From: Malacoraja senta
Lineage: Eukaryota
NCBI GenBank assembly: GCA_038087875.1
Contig: CM075991.1
Span: 6,884,001-6,948,000, forward strand
Reading direction: 5' to 3'
DNA: 64,000 nt
A program made the translations under genes and the position numbers. Below are positions 36,151-48,560 of this stretch, one piece after another; position 1 is the stretch's first letter; each line of letters begins with the position of its first letter. The notes beneath the pieces are model-generated. The model had not been told where the DNA came from. It did not search any database and saw only the letters and a program-made list of their open reading frames with translations.

Positions 36151-37377
36151 TTCAGTGTCTGTAGTCTCTTCTGCCCCTTCAATGTGAGGACTCTTTATGC
36201 ACAATTTCCAAATGGCACAAATTTGAAGGCGTGTTGAACTGTGTGGAGGAAAGTGATAGATCTCAAAGCAAAATGTGCATGGGCAAGTGGCAGGTGCATT
36301 TTAATGCTGAGAAATATGTATTATATACTGCAGGTGGAATGAGGAAAAACATTTTGAACAAGAAGGCACAAATCTAATATGTGTATAAGAAGAGATGATG
36401 GGGAAACATGAAAGTGGCAGGGCAGATTGAGAAATTGGTTAAAAATGGAATTCTGTGGTTTATAAAAAGAAGCATTCAACATAAGAGCAAGGAAATCATG
36501 ATGAATCTTTACAAAAGATTGTTTCGAGCAAAATTGGAGTATTACTAGGTACCTATGTCACCTCTAAAAATTAAAAAAACTAGATTTTCAAACTTTTTAA
36601 ATTTGTGATATTGCAAAGAGATAATTCAAGTTTTTTAAAAAATTCATTAACTAAATTAGGCGCAGTCCCTTAAACAACTTTAAGCAGTTTATACAAAAAC
36701 CCACCGGAGATACCGGCGGTAAGGAATTATATGCATACCAGCACCTTTTTGTCTGCAAAAAAACTCTGAGTTTTGTCCATTTCTGTTTCTGGAAAGATGC
36801 AAAGGATTTAGAAAAGACGCAGAAGAGATTTCCTTAAATTATTTAGGGATGAGGGATTTTAGTTCTGTGGAATAACTGAAGAAGTTGTTCTATTTCGTAC
36901 GGATGAGGTTGAAAGAGGATCCGACAGAGGTGTTTAAAATCATGAAAGATCCAGATTGATAGAGAAAAAAACTGTTTGAAATGACAGAAAAGTGAAGAAC
37001 CAAGTGTTTGACAAAAAGTGACACAGGAAATAGTTTTTTTTTTGCAGCACATTAATAAGAATACAACATAACATTATAAAGGAATTTAACATTAAACATA
37101 AAAAAACATCCCCCCACAATGGTTCCCACTGTGAGGGAAGGCACAAAGTCCCACACTACAAAGACGTACAGGTTTGTAGGTAAATTGGTTTGGGTTGTAT
37201 ACTTGGTATAAGTGTAAATTGTCCCTAGTATGTGTAGGCCTGTGTTAATGTGCCAGGATCGCTGGTCGGTGCGGACTCGGTGGGCCGAAAGGCCTGTTTC
37301 CGTGCTGTATCTCTATACTAAACTAAACTATATACACAATTACAATCAAGCCACCCACAGTGTACAGATACATGATC

Positions 37378-37501
37378 TTTGGCGTGCACAGCCTAAAGTT
37401 GCTGGTCAACTTGTTCTATTTGAACTTTTGTTTGTGCACGTCGGGTTGATTGCATTAGTCGAAACAGGGTGGACCACCTGAAGGTTGCAATCTCCCACAC
37501 T
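37378..37501. mobile_element. 124-bp structured insertion of unknown family
   Basis: 11-bp TSD agatacatgat (37367-37377, 37502-37512); two predicted helices ggcgtgcaca/tgtgcacgtc and gggttgattgca/tgcaatctccc. Confidence 0.6.
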
Positions 37502-37639
37502 AGATACATGATAAATGGAATAACGTGAATAACTTTTTGGACAAGATAAAGTCCAGTAAAACACAATCAAAGATAGTGCAAGGATCTCCAATGAGGTAGA
37601 TGGTAGCTCAGGACTGCTGTCTAGTTGTTGGTAGGATGG

Positions 37640-37810
37640 TCCAGGATGCATCATCTGACTAGGATTACATTAGTGTTGCAGCTTGCTGTGTTCAATTAAG
37701 CTGCTGCATTCCCTACACTCCCTAGCAATGACTACCATTCATAATGTACTTCTTTGGCTCAAAGTCAATTCGGCCTGCCCTAAGGTCACGTAAGGCACAA
37801 TATAAATAAA
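37640..37810 (+). mobile_element. Deu-SINE 3' remnant
   Basis: gcagcttgctgtg...gctgctgcattccctaca...gtacttctttggct...aaggcacaatataaat. Confidence 0.5.
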
Positions 37811-37861
37811 TAAATACAAATAGTTCTCTCTTTTGCTTCCCAGCCCAAGAGATCTGAGACT

Positions 37862-38325
37862 ACTTATTGTTGGCCAAACACTTTAATTCCCCTTCTCATT
37901 CCCACACTGACCTTTCTGTCTGAGGCTTCCTCCATTGTCAGAGTGAGGCTAAATGCAAATTGGAGGGAAATTGTCATATTTCGCTTGAGCAGCTTACAAT
38001 CCAGTGGTATGATGTTGATTTCTCTCACTTCAAGTAACCCTCTTATTCCCTCTCTCTCCATCCCTCCCCCACTCAAGTTGCACCAGCTTCTCGTTCTCAC
38101 CTAGCAAATAGCTAACAATGGCCTTTTCCTTTATTATCAATATTTTTTGCACATCTTTCATTCATTTGTTCCATATCTCTTTACATCACCGTCTTTTTCT
38201 CTCTTTCTCCTTTCCCCTGACTCTCTGTCTGAAGAAGAGTTTCAACCCGAAACGTTACCCATTCCTTCTCTCCAGAGATGCTGCCTGTCCCGCTGAGTTA
38301 CTCCAGCATTTTGTGTCTATCTTCT
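37862..38325 (+). mobile_element. Penelope-like element 3' end (endonuclease C-terminus + pLTR with degenerate hammerhead)
   Basis: AKHFNSPSHSHTDLSV..LHCQSEAK.KLE...IFRL.SLQ.SG; ctgaagaagagtttcaacccgaaacgtt at ~38229-38256. Confidence 0.8.
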
Positions 38326-39071
38326 TGTTGGCCTGCCTCAGATCCATGCTAAAATCACTTAACCCGGCACGGATTGGGAATTAAAACTGAAATAGCCGAT
38401 TCTTTGTTTAAACAGTGCGGTACCACTTCGAGTAGACTATACACTGACAGATTAATGTGATGACCCAGTTAAACAAAATTTATGTTTTCATTTTCTTTGC
38501 ATATCCTGACGCTTCTGCTGAAGTGCAGTGAGTGTTGCTCTTGTACTTTAATCAAAAAGTATGGCGTTTAGGGTAACTTGGCACAATCATGGCAGAGGAA
38601 TAATTGTTACTTGGTATATGCTGTTTTTAATGCGTAAAAAAGGGAAAGCAGGAAGAAAAATCACAGGAACCTATAATTTTTTTTTTTTAAGTAAAACACA
38701 AATGATTAGTTTGTATTTTTAAGACACGTAACTAAAAACAAGGTGATTCCCAACATGCACTAAAGCTTGTGTTTTTCCGCTCCCTGGCCACCCACAAAGC
38801 AAGAATAAAGTCTAGCCGACCCAAATCTGTTTAGCAGGGAGACTGGAAACACCAAGAAAGCACTTAATTAGGTGTTATATTGTGGATTACTGCAACCTTT
38901 AGGTTGAAGCTTTCCCCCCCCCTGCCCCCGCCCCCCCCCCATGCCACCGCCCCTCTATCTAACTGGCTTTGCAAATCTTTTATTTTCCTATTATGCATGT
39001 TTCAAGGTTCACTCTTTCTTGCTTGCACACTCGTAGCTTGGAGCACATCTGTCAGAATCGATGAATCAGAA

Positions 39072-39181
39072 CTCTTGTCAAAGAAGGGTCTCGACCTGAA
39101 ATGTCACCCATTCCTTCTATCCAGAAATGCTGCCTGCCTGCTGTGTTGCTCCAGCTATGGCTATCTTGCGTGGCTATCTTT
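39072..39181 (+). mobile_element. pLTR insertion
   Basis: agaagggtctcgacctgaaatgtcaccc; 12-bp TSD gatgaatcagaa (39060-39071, 39182-39193). Confidence 0.7.
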
Positions 39182-41689
39182 GATGAATCAGAAGTTGGTT
39201 TTCTGCTCTCCATTCTCCGAGACTACTTATCCTCGCTTGCATTTTCAGTCCGATGATTTTGGTCTGGGCATGCTGATTGCTCCCCTCCACCCCAACTGCT
39301 GAACAATTCTCTTAATTCTTGAACAAAAGCAGAAATTAAACATGTGTGTGTGGCCAGTTTGGCAAGATGTCCTATATCATTGTTTCATTGAGTCATACAG
39401 CGTGGAAACAGACCCTTCAGCCCAACCCTGCGTGTGTTTTCTCCGAGATCTTCGGTTTCCTCTCACACTCCCACACTCCAAAGACGTACAGGTTTGTAGT
39501 TTAATTAGCTTGGTATGAATGTAAATTGTACCTAGTGTGTGTAGGATTGTGTTAGTATGCGGGGATCGCTGGTCGGTGCGGACTCAGTGGGCCGAAGGGC
39601 CTGTTTCTGTGCCGTAGCTCTAAACTTAAAAAAAACTAAATTCCACAATTTGCTTTCTCATTCTTTTCCAGTTATCATAAACGCACATCCTCTGACTATT
39701 GATCCTCCTGCCAATTGAAACAATTTCTCACCAACTGCCCTCTCAAAATCTGTATAGTTTTGAAGATCTCTGTGACATCTTCCTCGTCTCTGACAAAACT
39801 TCTTCCAAAATCTTCTGGAATGAACATGAATGGAAAATCGAAGGATTTGACATCTCCTTTCCAAACTTTCCAGTCATGTAATAATGTATAGTTTCCAGCA
39901 GGTGGAATAACTTACCTTTGCCCATTCATAGTATTCAGGAAAGGAAAATGCTTTCAGTAAAATATTATCTGATCACACAATTATAGAATTTAACCTGCAA
40001 TTGATTGAGGAAACACTTAAAATGTTATGCAACCCTTTTCTCCAAGGTTATTTATCATGTCTCTGTTCAAACATTGACGCCTGAAGCAATAATGAATGCA
40101 TTAGAGAATGCAAGATGCATAATACTGTCATAATACTCTTAATATTTGATCATCAACTAATACTTTTCTTCATTTTCATTCCTTGTGATGTCTTATTTGT
40201 ACTGTAACACTTGTTAATATTTGTATTTCTAATTCTGTCCTCCAGTTAAGAATAGAAGTGAATTGTGTGTTGCACTGCCTCAGATAATAAGCACCAGTTC
40301 AATATTTTATGTTGTATTTTGGCTAACACTCTGTCAAATTGACCATTAAGTGGGAGCAGTTACAGAGATTTGCAGATTGTTCTTTGCAGTATGTGGAGTC
40401 CTAATCCCAACACAATCTTCATGCTAGCATAGGATTTCATGGCAAGCTGGTTATGCTTTAATCAGGACTCCACTGTAATTAAGACTATTCTGACCTGCTC
40501 TCTCATCTACTAATCCAGCAATCGGGCAAAGGGCTTAAAATTGCTGCCAGTATCCAGTTACTTCAGTCTTAGCTCATGTTATTTCCCTTAATAAGTGGAC
40601 TGCCTCGCATTTACCTCAGTAAATTGGACTACTTTGTCTCTGAGCATTGGAGATGATGTTTGTGAGGCTTTTTGCAGTGTTTAGCTGCAATTACTTGTCG
40701 CAGCAAGGTCTTCAGTTTCCTATTATCCATTAATAACCTCCAATGGGAGCCGTGACTGCAATTTACCTCCATTTGACTGCCTTACAGCATCCACTAATGA
40801 AGGGTCGAGGTGTATTTTTCGCATTACTCTATGGCTGAGTGCTCTCCGAGTTTGTCTCACCCTGTGACTATCTGTGGTGCAAAGAATGTTATAAATTGGG
40901 AGCTGAATTTTTTGCAGGTAAATGCAGAAATTGTCAGGCATTTATCTTCTGCAAAAATATTGACAGTTCATTCAATTGATGGAAAACAATAGCAGCGATT
41001 ATATCAAAGATAGACATAAAGTGGTGGAATAACAGCATCTCTGGTGAAAGAAGACAAGTGACATTTCGGGTCGGGAAATTATACTTTTGTGCAATATTAA
41101 AGGATAATATTTCAGAGGCTGAAAGTTAGGAAATGAGCTGGACTTAACATGGGCATTAACAGAGGTAAACGTGTCCAAAGATGGCAATTATTGGGACCAT
41201 GGAAAGCAGAGGAAAAAATACAAAGACAAGCATTTTCGGGTATTTTGCTAAATATCCAGCAAAATAATTGCCTCAGTGGTTTGAAGAGCTAAACACATAT
41301 ATGTTTCAAAACCTCTGTTCTCTTTAGAACCTGTCCCTTGTTATTGAGGATGCCCTGCTACCTACCACTCTGATTTTGTTGGTTCTGAATAGACTTACAA
41401 TAGGTGTATAGAATGGAAACAGGACCAATGTGCCCATGGCGACCAAAATGCCCAATCTACACTAGTCGCACCTGCCTGTGTTTGACCCATATCCCTCCAA
41501 ACCTTTCCTATCTATGTTCCAATCAAATGTGGAAAGTCATGTACAGATGGGACGGGTGGGGGTTAAAGGGGCAGGTCAATGAGTACTTTATCTGCTCATT
41601 CCACTGCTTACCAGGGTCTCTGTGTGCTTCTATTGAATAGCCTTGTGGTCATTCAATCTCATCCCGAATGATCTTTCTTCATTTAGCCC

Positions 41690-42010
41690 AATTGTGGGCC
41701 TGAGATTCCTACGAGTTAGTTGGGGTGCTGCATTTTTGCAAGGTGGTTTTGAGTACAACCTTGAACCTTTCCTTTGCCACTTTGCCATCTCTTTCCACAA
41801 CAGAGCTCAGAAAGAATGCTTCAGATGTCTAGTGTTAGACATACAAATAATATAGCCTCCACAATGTAGCTTACTCAATGCTGCGATGTTTCGCCCAGAA
41901 GATGACACTGACCTCTATTTACTTGTCCTCACAGAGAATGTTGTGGAGACAGTTGGTGGCTTTTACCCTGTGCCTTGATATGTCTGATGTAAACAGTCTA
42001 AGTCCACGAT
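41690..42010 (-). mobile_element. Degraded RTE (BovB-like) LINE remnant
   Basis: Reverse KLHCGGYIICMSNTRHL resembles the RTE motif QLRWAGHI.RMP.TRLP. Confidence 0.4.
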
Positions 42011-42429
42011 TTCATCGGCCTAGGAAGATTAGGATATTCCAGGGAATTTTAGACGAGCTGTCTTCACGAAGGGAGATATCTAACTGTGGTAAGTACAGAA
42101 GAACCTCCCTGCTGTCTACTACAGGGAAATTCTTTAACACAGTCCTTTCATTGCCTCCGCCTCGTGGCCACAGAGATGCTCCCTGATTCAGATTGATCCA
42201 GAGGCAAAGAGGACAGAGATCTTCACTGTGTAGTAACACCAAGAAAAGTGCAGGGAGCAGCACTAGACACAAATACAATAGATCGTATCAAAGCCTCTGT
42301 CTTTATTAATCAGTAGGGACTGTGAGGTAGCCTCCTCCAGTTCCATTGCACACGGAAATTCTTCTCAATTTTACCATGAAGATTTTTATCATGTATATTA
42401 CTCAGAAGATTAACGGATATCTAATGAGA

Positions 42430-43500
42430 AACATGGTATGCTTGCTTTCGTAGGTTGGGCCATTGAGTATAAGAGTCAGGAAGTCATGATGCAGCTCTAT
42501 AGAAATCTGGTTTGGCTGCATTTGGAGTATAGTGCGCAGTTCTGATCAAAGATCTTTGGTTCTGATCGCCCCAAATACAGGAAGAATGGGGCGTCTTTGG
42601 AAAGGGTGCAGAGGAGGTTTACCAGAATGATGCCTGGATTATGGGGTATTAGCTTCAGGGAGAGGTTGGACAGACTTGGATTATTTTCTCTGGAGCACCA
42701 GAGGTTGCGGGGAGACCTGATAGCAGTATTTAAATTCTGAGAGGCATTGATAGAGTATTCAGTCAGAATCTTTTTCCCACGATGGAAAAATGAAATACTC
42801 GAGGGCAGAACTTTAAGGTGAGAGGAGCAAAGTTGAAAGGAGATGTTCAGCAGGCACGTAAATCGATATCAAAACATGGGGTGGACCGGGGGACACACAA
42901 TTTCTTGCCGGCTGCGCGCGCATGCGCACACTTACACACACACGCGAGGCTTCGGAGGCTTCAGCCGTGGGCCCTGTGGACGGTAATTAGTGCCGGGTGC
43001 CGGCAGTCGCCGAAAAAAATTGCGTAAGCGGGGCAGGCCTTTTAATTTCCCATTGAGTTTTCAGCTCCCACTAGTCGAGATGCAGGTGCTTTGTGAAAAA
43101 AGTGATGAACGACTCGAATTGTTCTGCAGAACACTACTCATTAAACCCGACACAATACCTTGCCAAGCTTGTAATGGGGGGGGACCGTCCTACACTTCTG
43201 AAAACATGGAGGGGACACGTCCCCCCCCCCCCGCGCCCCCCCCCCCCCCCCCAGGGATTTCCGCCCCTGATGTTCAGGGCAGGTTTTTTTTTTACACAGA
43301 GGGTGGTAAATGCCTGAAATGCACTGCTGGGGGTGGTTGTTGAAGCAGATACGTTAGTGGTATTTAAATTTTGGATAGGCACATGGGAATGCAGGGAATG
43401 GACGGATATGGGTTATTTGAGGTAGATAATGGCATCATATTCAGCACAGACATTGTGGGCTGAAGGGCCTGTTCTTGTGCTACACTGTTCTATGTTCTAT
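42430..43500 (+). mobile_element. CR1 3' portion with nested hAT element
   Basis: ggtatgcttgctttc...gagtataagagtcaggaagtcatgatgcagctctata...ttttttacacagagggtggt; (tgttcta)n tail. Confidence 0.85.
42851..43269. mobile_element. hAT-like MITE
   Basis: 8-bp TSD atgttcag (42843-42850, 43270-43277); imperfect TIRs caggcacgtaaatc / gatttccgcccctg. Confidence 0.75.
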
Positions 43501-44276
43501 GGCATGCCACTCTCTTATAAAGTAAGTAAGTAAGTTTATTGGCCAAGTATTCACATACAAGGAATTTGTCTTGGTGCTCCACCCACAAGTAACAACATGA
43601 CATACAGTGACAGTTACGAATGATTCAGAAAACACTAAACATTAATAATAATAAAACATTAATGATAAAACACCATTGATCAAGCATGTGAACCAACAAA
43701 ATACTATAATGCTAAATGCTATATATGCGACCTAATGCTATGATGCACTTGAACTCGAACGCATGTAGTGCCCTTCTCTTAGTTCTAATTATGGTTAAAT
43801 GCATTTGTCCCAAACTTAGAAACTGTAAGTATGTGGAGTGGATTATAACAGCTTGTACAGTTTCTCTTCTTCATTGTATGATTAGTGTTTCTTTGGTGAT
43901 TAATGTTCTCACATATAGTATGTACAGATGCCATCCTGTGAAAGGCATTTTAGCATTACTCACCCCTAAAATAGTCCAACATGTTTTTGAAGTTTAAATA
44001 GTTGCTCATGCCCATCTAGTCTGCATTACTGCCATCCACATCAGTAACCAAATACTTCCTTGTCAACTATTGCCTGAACTTCCATGAACTCGGTAGAGAG
44101 AGTTTGTTTCCTTGTAGAAACTGTGATGATTATTGGAGAAAACTCATTTTAGTGCCAAAGGATTGCGTTATAATATTTAAAAATTCTCATCTTTGTTTTT
44201 AATTTAATTTCATTTGTAGGTGCCTGATCTCTGCCTTAATCCGTGCTATGCACTATAATGGCATCATCCCGTAAGA

Positions 44277-46115
44277 CAAGGGTTCCCAACCTGGGGGAAA
44301 TTTACCCCAAGGGGGTTAATTGCGCCTACCCAGGGGGTAAATTTGTTGATTCTGGATTTGTACATATTTTTTCTCATTGATTGACTGTGTTTGGTTCTGG
44401 TATACTGTTCATCATTAGTTGTTCATAAATAAGTGAAATAACATTGTTTAAAAAAAATAAAAAATAAAGTTTTTTTAAAATTAGAAGTATTGTACAGTAA
44501 TCTCAAACAAACATAAAATTATACATTTCTTGTACCACTTCTTATTTTAAACTTTAATAAGAAAAAGGATAGAGAGAGTTAGCATAGTGAGTGAGTGAAA
44601 GAGTGGTCCAGGAACATCCATAGGGACCTAAACCACAAGAAAGAGTTGAACAAAAGAGAAAAACCAAAAGAAGGAAAAAGAAAAAAAAGTAAGATAAGAT
44701 AAGACAAGATAAAAGGGATGTACCTACTCTCTATCTTTACTCACCCCTCACCAGGTCCTGGAACCATTTATTATCAACATTTTGTTGCACCCTATATTTG
44801 TAATAAGTCGATAAATGGAGACCAAATCTTTTGGAAATGGTCTGGTTTACCTGCTAAGAGGAATCTCATATCTTCTAGGTGTAACAGTTCCGACATATTA
44901 GAAATCCACATTTTTGTCGTTGGCGTGGGAGCGTTTTTCCAAAATTTCAGTATAAGTTTTTTTGCCGTTATTAAGCCATAATTAAGAAAGCTCCTTTGAA
45001 ACGAAGACAGCTCCAAACTGGCTTCGATTGTTCCAAAAATGATCAGTTCTGCATTCGGTTTCAATTTTATTTTAAATAATCTTGGGAAAATTTCAAAGAT
45101 TTCATTCCAAAATTTTTGTATTTTTATACAAAAAACAAAAGAATGTGCTTCTTGGGTTAGACATTTATCACAGATAGCAAAATTTACTTATTTTAGCTTT
45201 TGAATAGTATAATCTATGTAAGATTTTGAATTGAATTAGAATGTGTCTTACGTTAATCAAGCATTTATGCACATATAACAAGTCTTTATCCCAACTCTCT
45301 TTCAAGATTTTTATAGCTAGTTCTTGTTCCTAATCTCTTCTAATCCTATCAGATGATGGTATTTCTATATTTAGGATGGGATTATACAGGTATGATATTA
45401 AATTAGTTGATTCCGCTTTTATATTCATTGTCTCGTCTAATAGATCTGGAGACATATTTTGATATTCTTGTGTATATTTTTTCAAATAGTCACGTATTTG
45501 AAAATATTTAAAATATTGATTACTACTCAAATTGTATTTAAGTTGTAGTTGGTGAAATGTTTAAAAAAACTTCCATTATAATACATATCTCCAAACGTTT
45601 TAATTCGTAATCTATCCCAGTGTGTAAACGATTTATCTATCGTAGAAGGTTTAAACGAAGGATTATTCATTATAGGTGAAAGAAGCGATAGATTTCTTAA
45701 TTTTAAAGTTAATTTTATTTGTTTCCAGATTCTAATTGTACTATGGATAATTGGATTTTTACTATATATTGTATTCTTCAATTTTGTTGGTGAGAGAAGG
45801 ATCGCTCCTATATTAAAAGGGGAACAATCCTCTCTCTCCATTACTATCCAATCCATCTGCTGGGCCGAATTGTCCAACAGGTGAATCATATTTTTGACAT
45901 TTGCGGCCCAGTAATAATACAAAAAATTAGGGAGTGATAATCCGCCAAATTCTTTAGGTTTGCACAAATGTCTCTTTGAATTCTATGGGATTTATAGTCC
46001 CATATAAAATTTGTAATATCAGCATCCAGTTTTTAAATTTGTTTTTGAAATAACATTGTTATGTGCTATTAAAGTTGCCGGGGGTAAACGGGACAAAAAA
46101 GGTTGGCAACCCCTG
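44277..46115. mobile_element. hAT (Charlie-like) MITE split by L1
   Basis: TIRs caagggttcccaacc / ggttggcaacccctg; 8-bp TSD ccgtaaga / ctgtaaga. Confidence 0.85.
44449..46045 (-). mobile_element. 5'-truncated L1-clade LINE (ORF2 C-terminus + 3' UTR)
   Basis: KPKEFGGLSLPNFLYYYWAA..., FKYFQIRDY, CDKC zinc-knuckle remnant, LITAKKLILKFWK...P.T..W...F.KIWSPFI; 15-bp TSD tgaaataacattgtt (44434-44448, 46046-46060). Confidence 0.9.
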
Positions 46116-46611
46116 CTGTAAGAGATAGAGTCTGATCTCTGCAACCTCTGCTCTGCTAGACTCCAAAACCATCCTCTTACATTTGTCTGGTTTTATTCAG
46201 TCACCTTTGCAGCCACGCGTTATCTGCTCATGAGCATGCACCTTCCCAACTTGAGCAAACCCCTCTACCTAGTTTTTCAAGATGCTCCTAAAATATTACT
46301 TCTGACCTAGTTTTGGTTTCCAGATCGAATATCTTATTATGTGAGCCGGGATTTCAATTTGTTACATAATCCTCCTATGAAATTCCTTGGTGTGGTTCAC
46401 TACATTAAAGATGTTGGTCTAAATTCCAAGATATTCAATACTAGGTATACAGTGGATTATTAACAGTAATGTAGATGGATTATAGACATGAAATTTGTTA
46501 CAATATAAATTTTGAGTGCATCACATCATTTATCGTGGATATATTATACACTGGGATAAGTGCAAGGAATTGAATGAATAATTTATTCATATTTGGTCTT
46601 TTGTAGAGTTA

Positions 46612-47301
46612 AGGGCCTGTCCCACTTACATGGCAAACAAATTACACGACCTCGTGGTCGCGTTGAGCCGTGACAGTCCCACGAAGGTCGCGCGCGATTT
46701 CATGCGTACGCACAGTCGTCTGGAGCGCGTGACGTCATTTGAAGATGGACGCAAAATGCCGGAGTAACTCAGCGGGACCGGCAGCATCTCTGGAGAGAAG
46801 CAATGGGTGACGTTTTGTGTCGAGACTCTTCTTCAGTCTGAAAGAAGGGTCTTGAACCGAAACGTCATCCATTACTTCTCTCCAGAGATGCTGCCGGTCC
46901 CGCTGAGTTACTCTTGCATTTTGTGTCTATCTTCAATTTTCTTGGCCCCGCTCTGGGAGTATTAGTGGGGGCAGATCCGGACCACAACGGCCGTGAGCCC
47001 CAGGCTGAGTTCGACGATCGTTTGCCTGCTTCTGCTGCTGTTAGAGGTGAGACGTTGCGTCACGCCAGGGTCTTGGACCTGTCCCTCTTTGGCCGTCAGT
47101 TCCGCGACAGGCTGTTGGCGCGTGAAGATTTTGTTCGCTACAATAATTTCGGAGCCCCGCGCGATGTCGCGCACAACTACATACCCCTCCGCAATTCTCA
47201 GTGGGACCGGCCCCGCTGGGCCATACGATGCCCGTGCGCCTCTATGCATCCACGGGGTCGAGTAATTTGCGTGCTAAGGACACGTAAGTGGGACAGGCCC
47301 T
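46612..47301. mobile_element. PIF/Harbinger-like MITE containing an inverted pLTR/hammerhead pair (~46739-46936)
   Basis: TIRs AGGGCCTGTCCCACTTAC / GTAAGTGGGACAGGCCCT with TTA TSD; CpG-rich interior. Confidence 0.85.
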
Positions 47302-48109
47302 TTAGCAACTGCAGTTGTGTGATGGAATTTGCATGGGAATATGCAGGGATTCTAACAAATTAAACACATGGATTTGGGTGTATTATAGATAGAGATTAAA
47401 GGGATTATTAAACACATAAGGGGTATTAATATAGAATCAGAGAAACATTGCATAGAAGGAGGTCATGTGGGCCTTTCTGTTCCTTGGACAACCAAAATGA
47501 ACTGTTTGTTAGTCCCACTTCCCATCGCTTGATTCATAACCTTGTAGGTTTTACTTCCTCATGTACTCATTCTGGTGCTATTTAAATGACTCCGGTGCCT
47601 CTTCAGGCAGTTAGAAGTAACCCATACCCATTGATTCATATGGGTGTCATGGGTTATGGGGAGAAGGCAGGAGAATGGGGTTGAGAGGGAAAGAAAGATC
47701 AGACATGATTGACTGGCAGAGTAGACTTGATGGGCCGAATGGGCTAATTCTGCTCCGATAACTTATGAACTTATGAACCCAGCCAAATCTTCACTACTCA
47801 TTGAGTGAAAATATTTGTTTCTAAATTTTCCTGAAACCTTTCTACCAATTGACCTATATTTGTTCCCAATAGTTATGGTTCTCTCAGCTAAAGAAGATAG
47901 ATCCTTCCTATCCACATTATTTTGACCTCCCATAATTTTATGCTCCTGATCTCAATTTCCCCTCAGTCTACTTTGTTCCAAAAGGAAAAAGAGAATCTTA
48001 TTTGGTATCTATAATTCTCCAGAGCTGGTGACATTCTGGTATATCGACTCAGTATTTTTTCTAGTGCTATCAAATCTTTCCCATACATGGTGACCAGGTG
48101 TACTTTATG

Positions 48110-48560
48110 TTAGTGGATGAGTCTAAAATTGGTGGTATAGTGGACAGTAAAAAAAGTTATCTAAGATTATCACGGGATCCTGATCAACTGGGCTAATGGG
48201 CTGAAGAATGGTCGTTGAGGTTTAATGCAGAAAAATGTGAAATGTTGCATTTTGGTACAATAAACCAGGGTGAATGGTGCAGGTACATAGGGGAGTGGGT
48301 ACGTAATTACACAGGGTGCAGATAAATAATTCCATGGAAGTGGTGGCACAAGTAGGAACGGTGGTGAAGAAAGTGTTTGGCATGCTTGCCTTCATCGATC
48401 AGTATACTGAGTACCGAAGTTGGGACATCAAGCTGCTGCTGTACAAGACGTTGGTAAGGCCCAATTTGGAGTGTGTCTACTGTTCTGCTTGTCCTTCTAT
48501 AGGAATTATGCCGTTAAACTGGAAAGGGTGCAAAATAGATTTATGAGGATGTTACCGGAT
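48110..48560 (+). mobile_element. Degraded CR1 RT fragment
   Basis: ttggtggtatagtggacagt...gtttaatgcagaaaaatgtga; VVKKVFGMLAFI..EYRSWDI.LLLYKTLVRP.LE. Confidence 0.75.

Noticed and set aside
36548..36770. AT-rich insert interrupting a degraded CR1
   Set aside because: No convincing TIR or TSD found, so it cannot be classified
39916..39975. Possible minus-strand exon NILLKAFSFPEYYEWAK with aag|gtaagt donor
   Set aside because: Strong donor but poor acceptor; the better upstream acceptor gives stops in all frames; unverified
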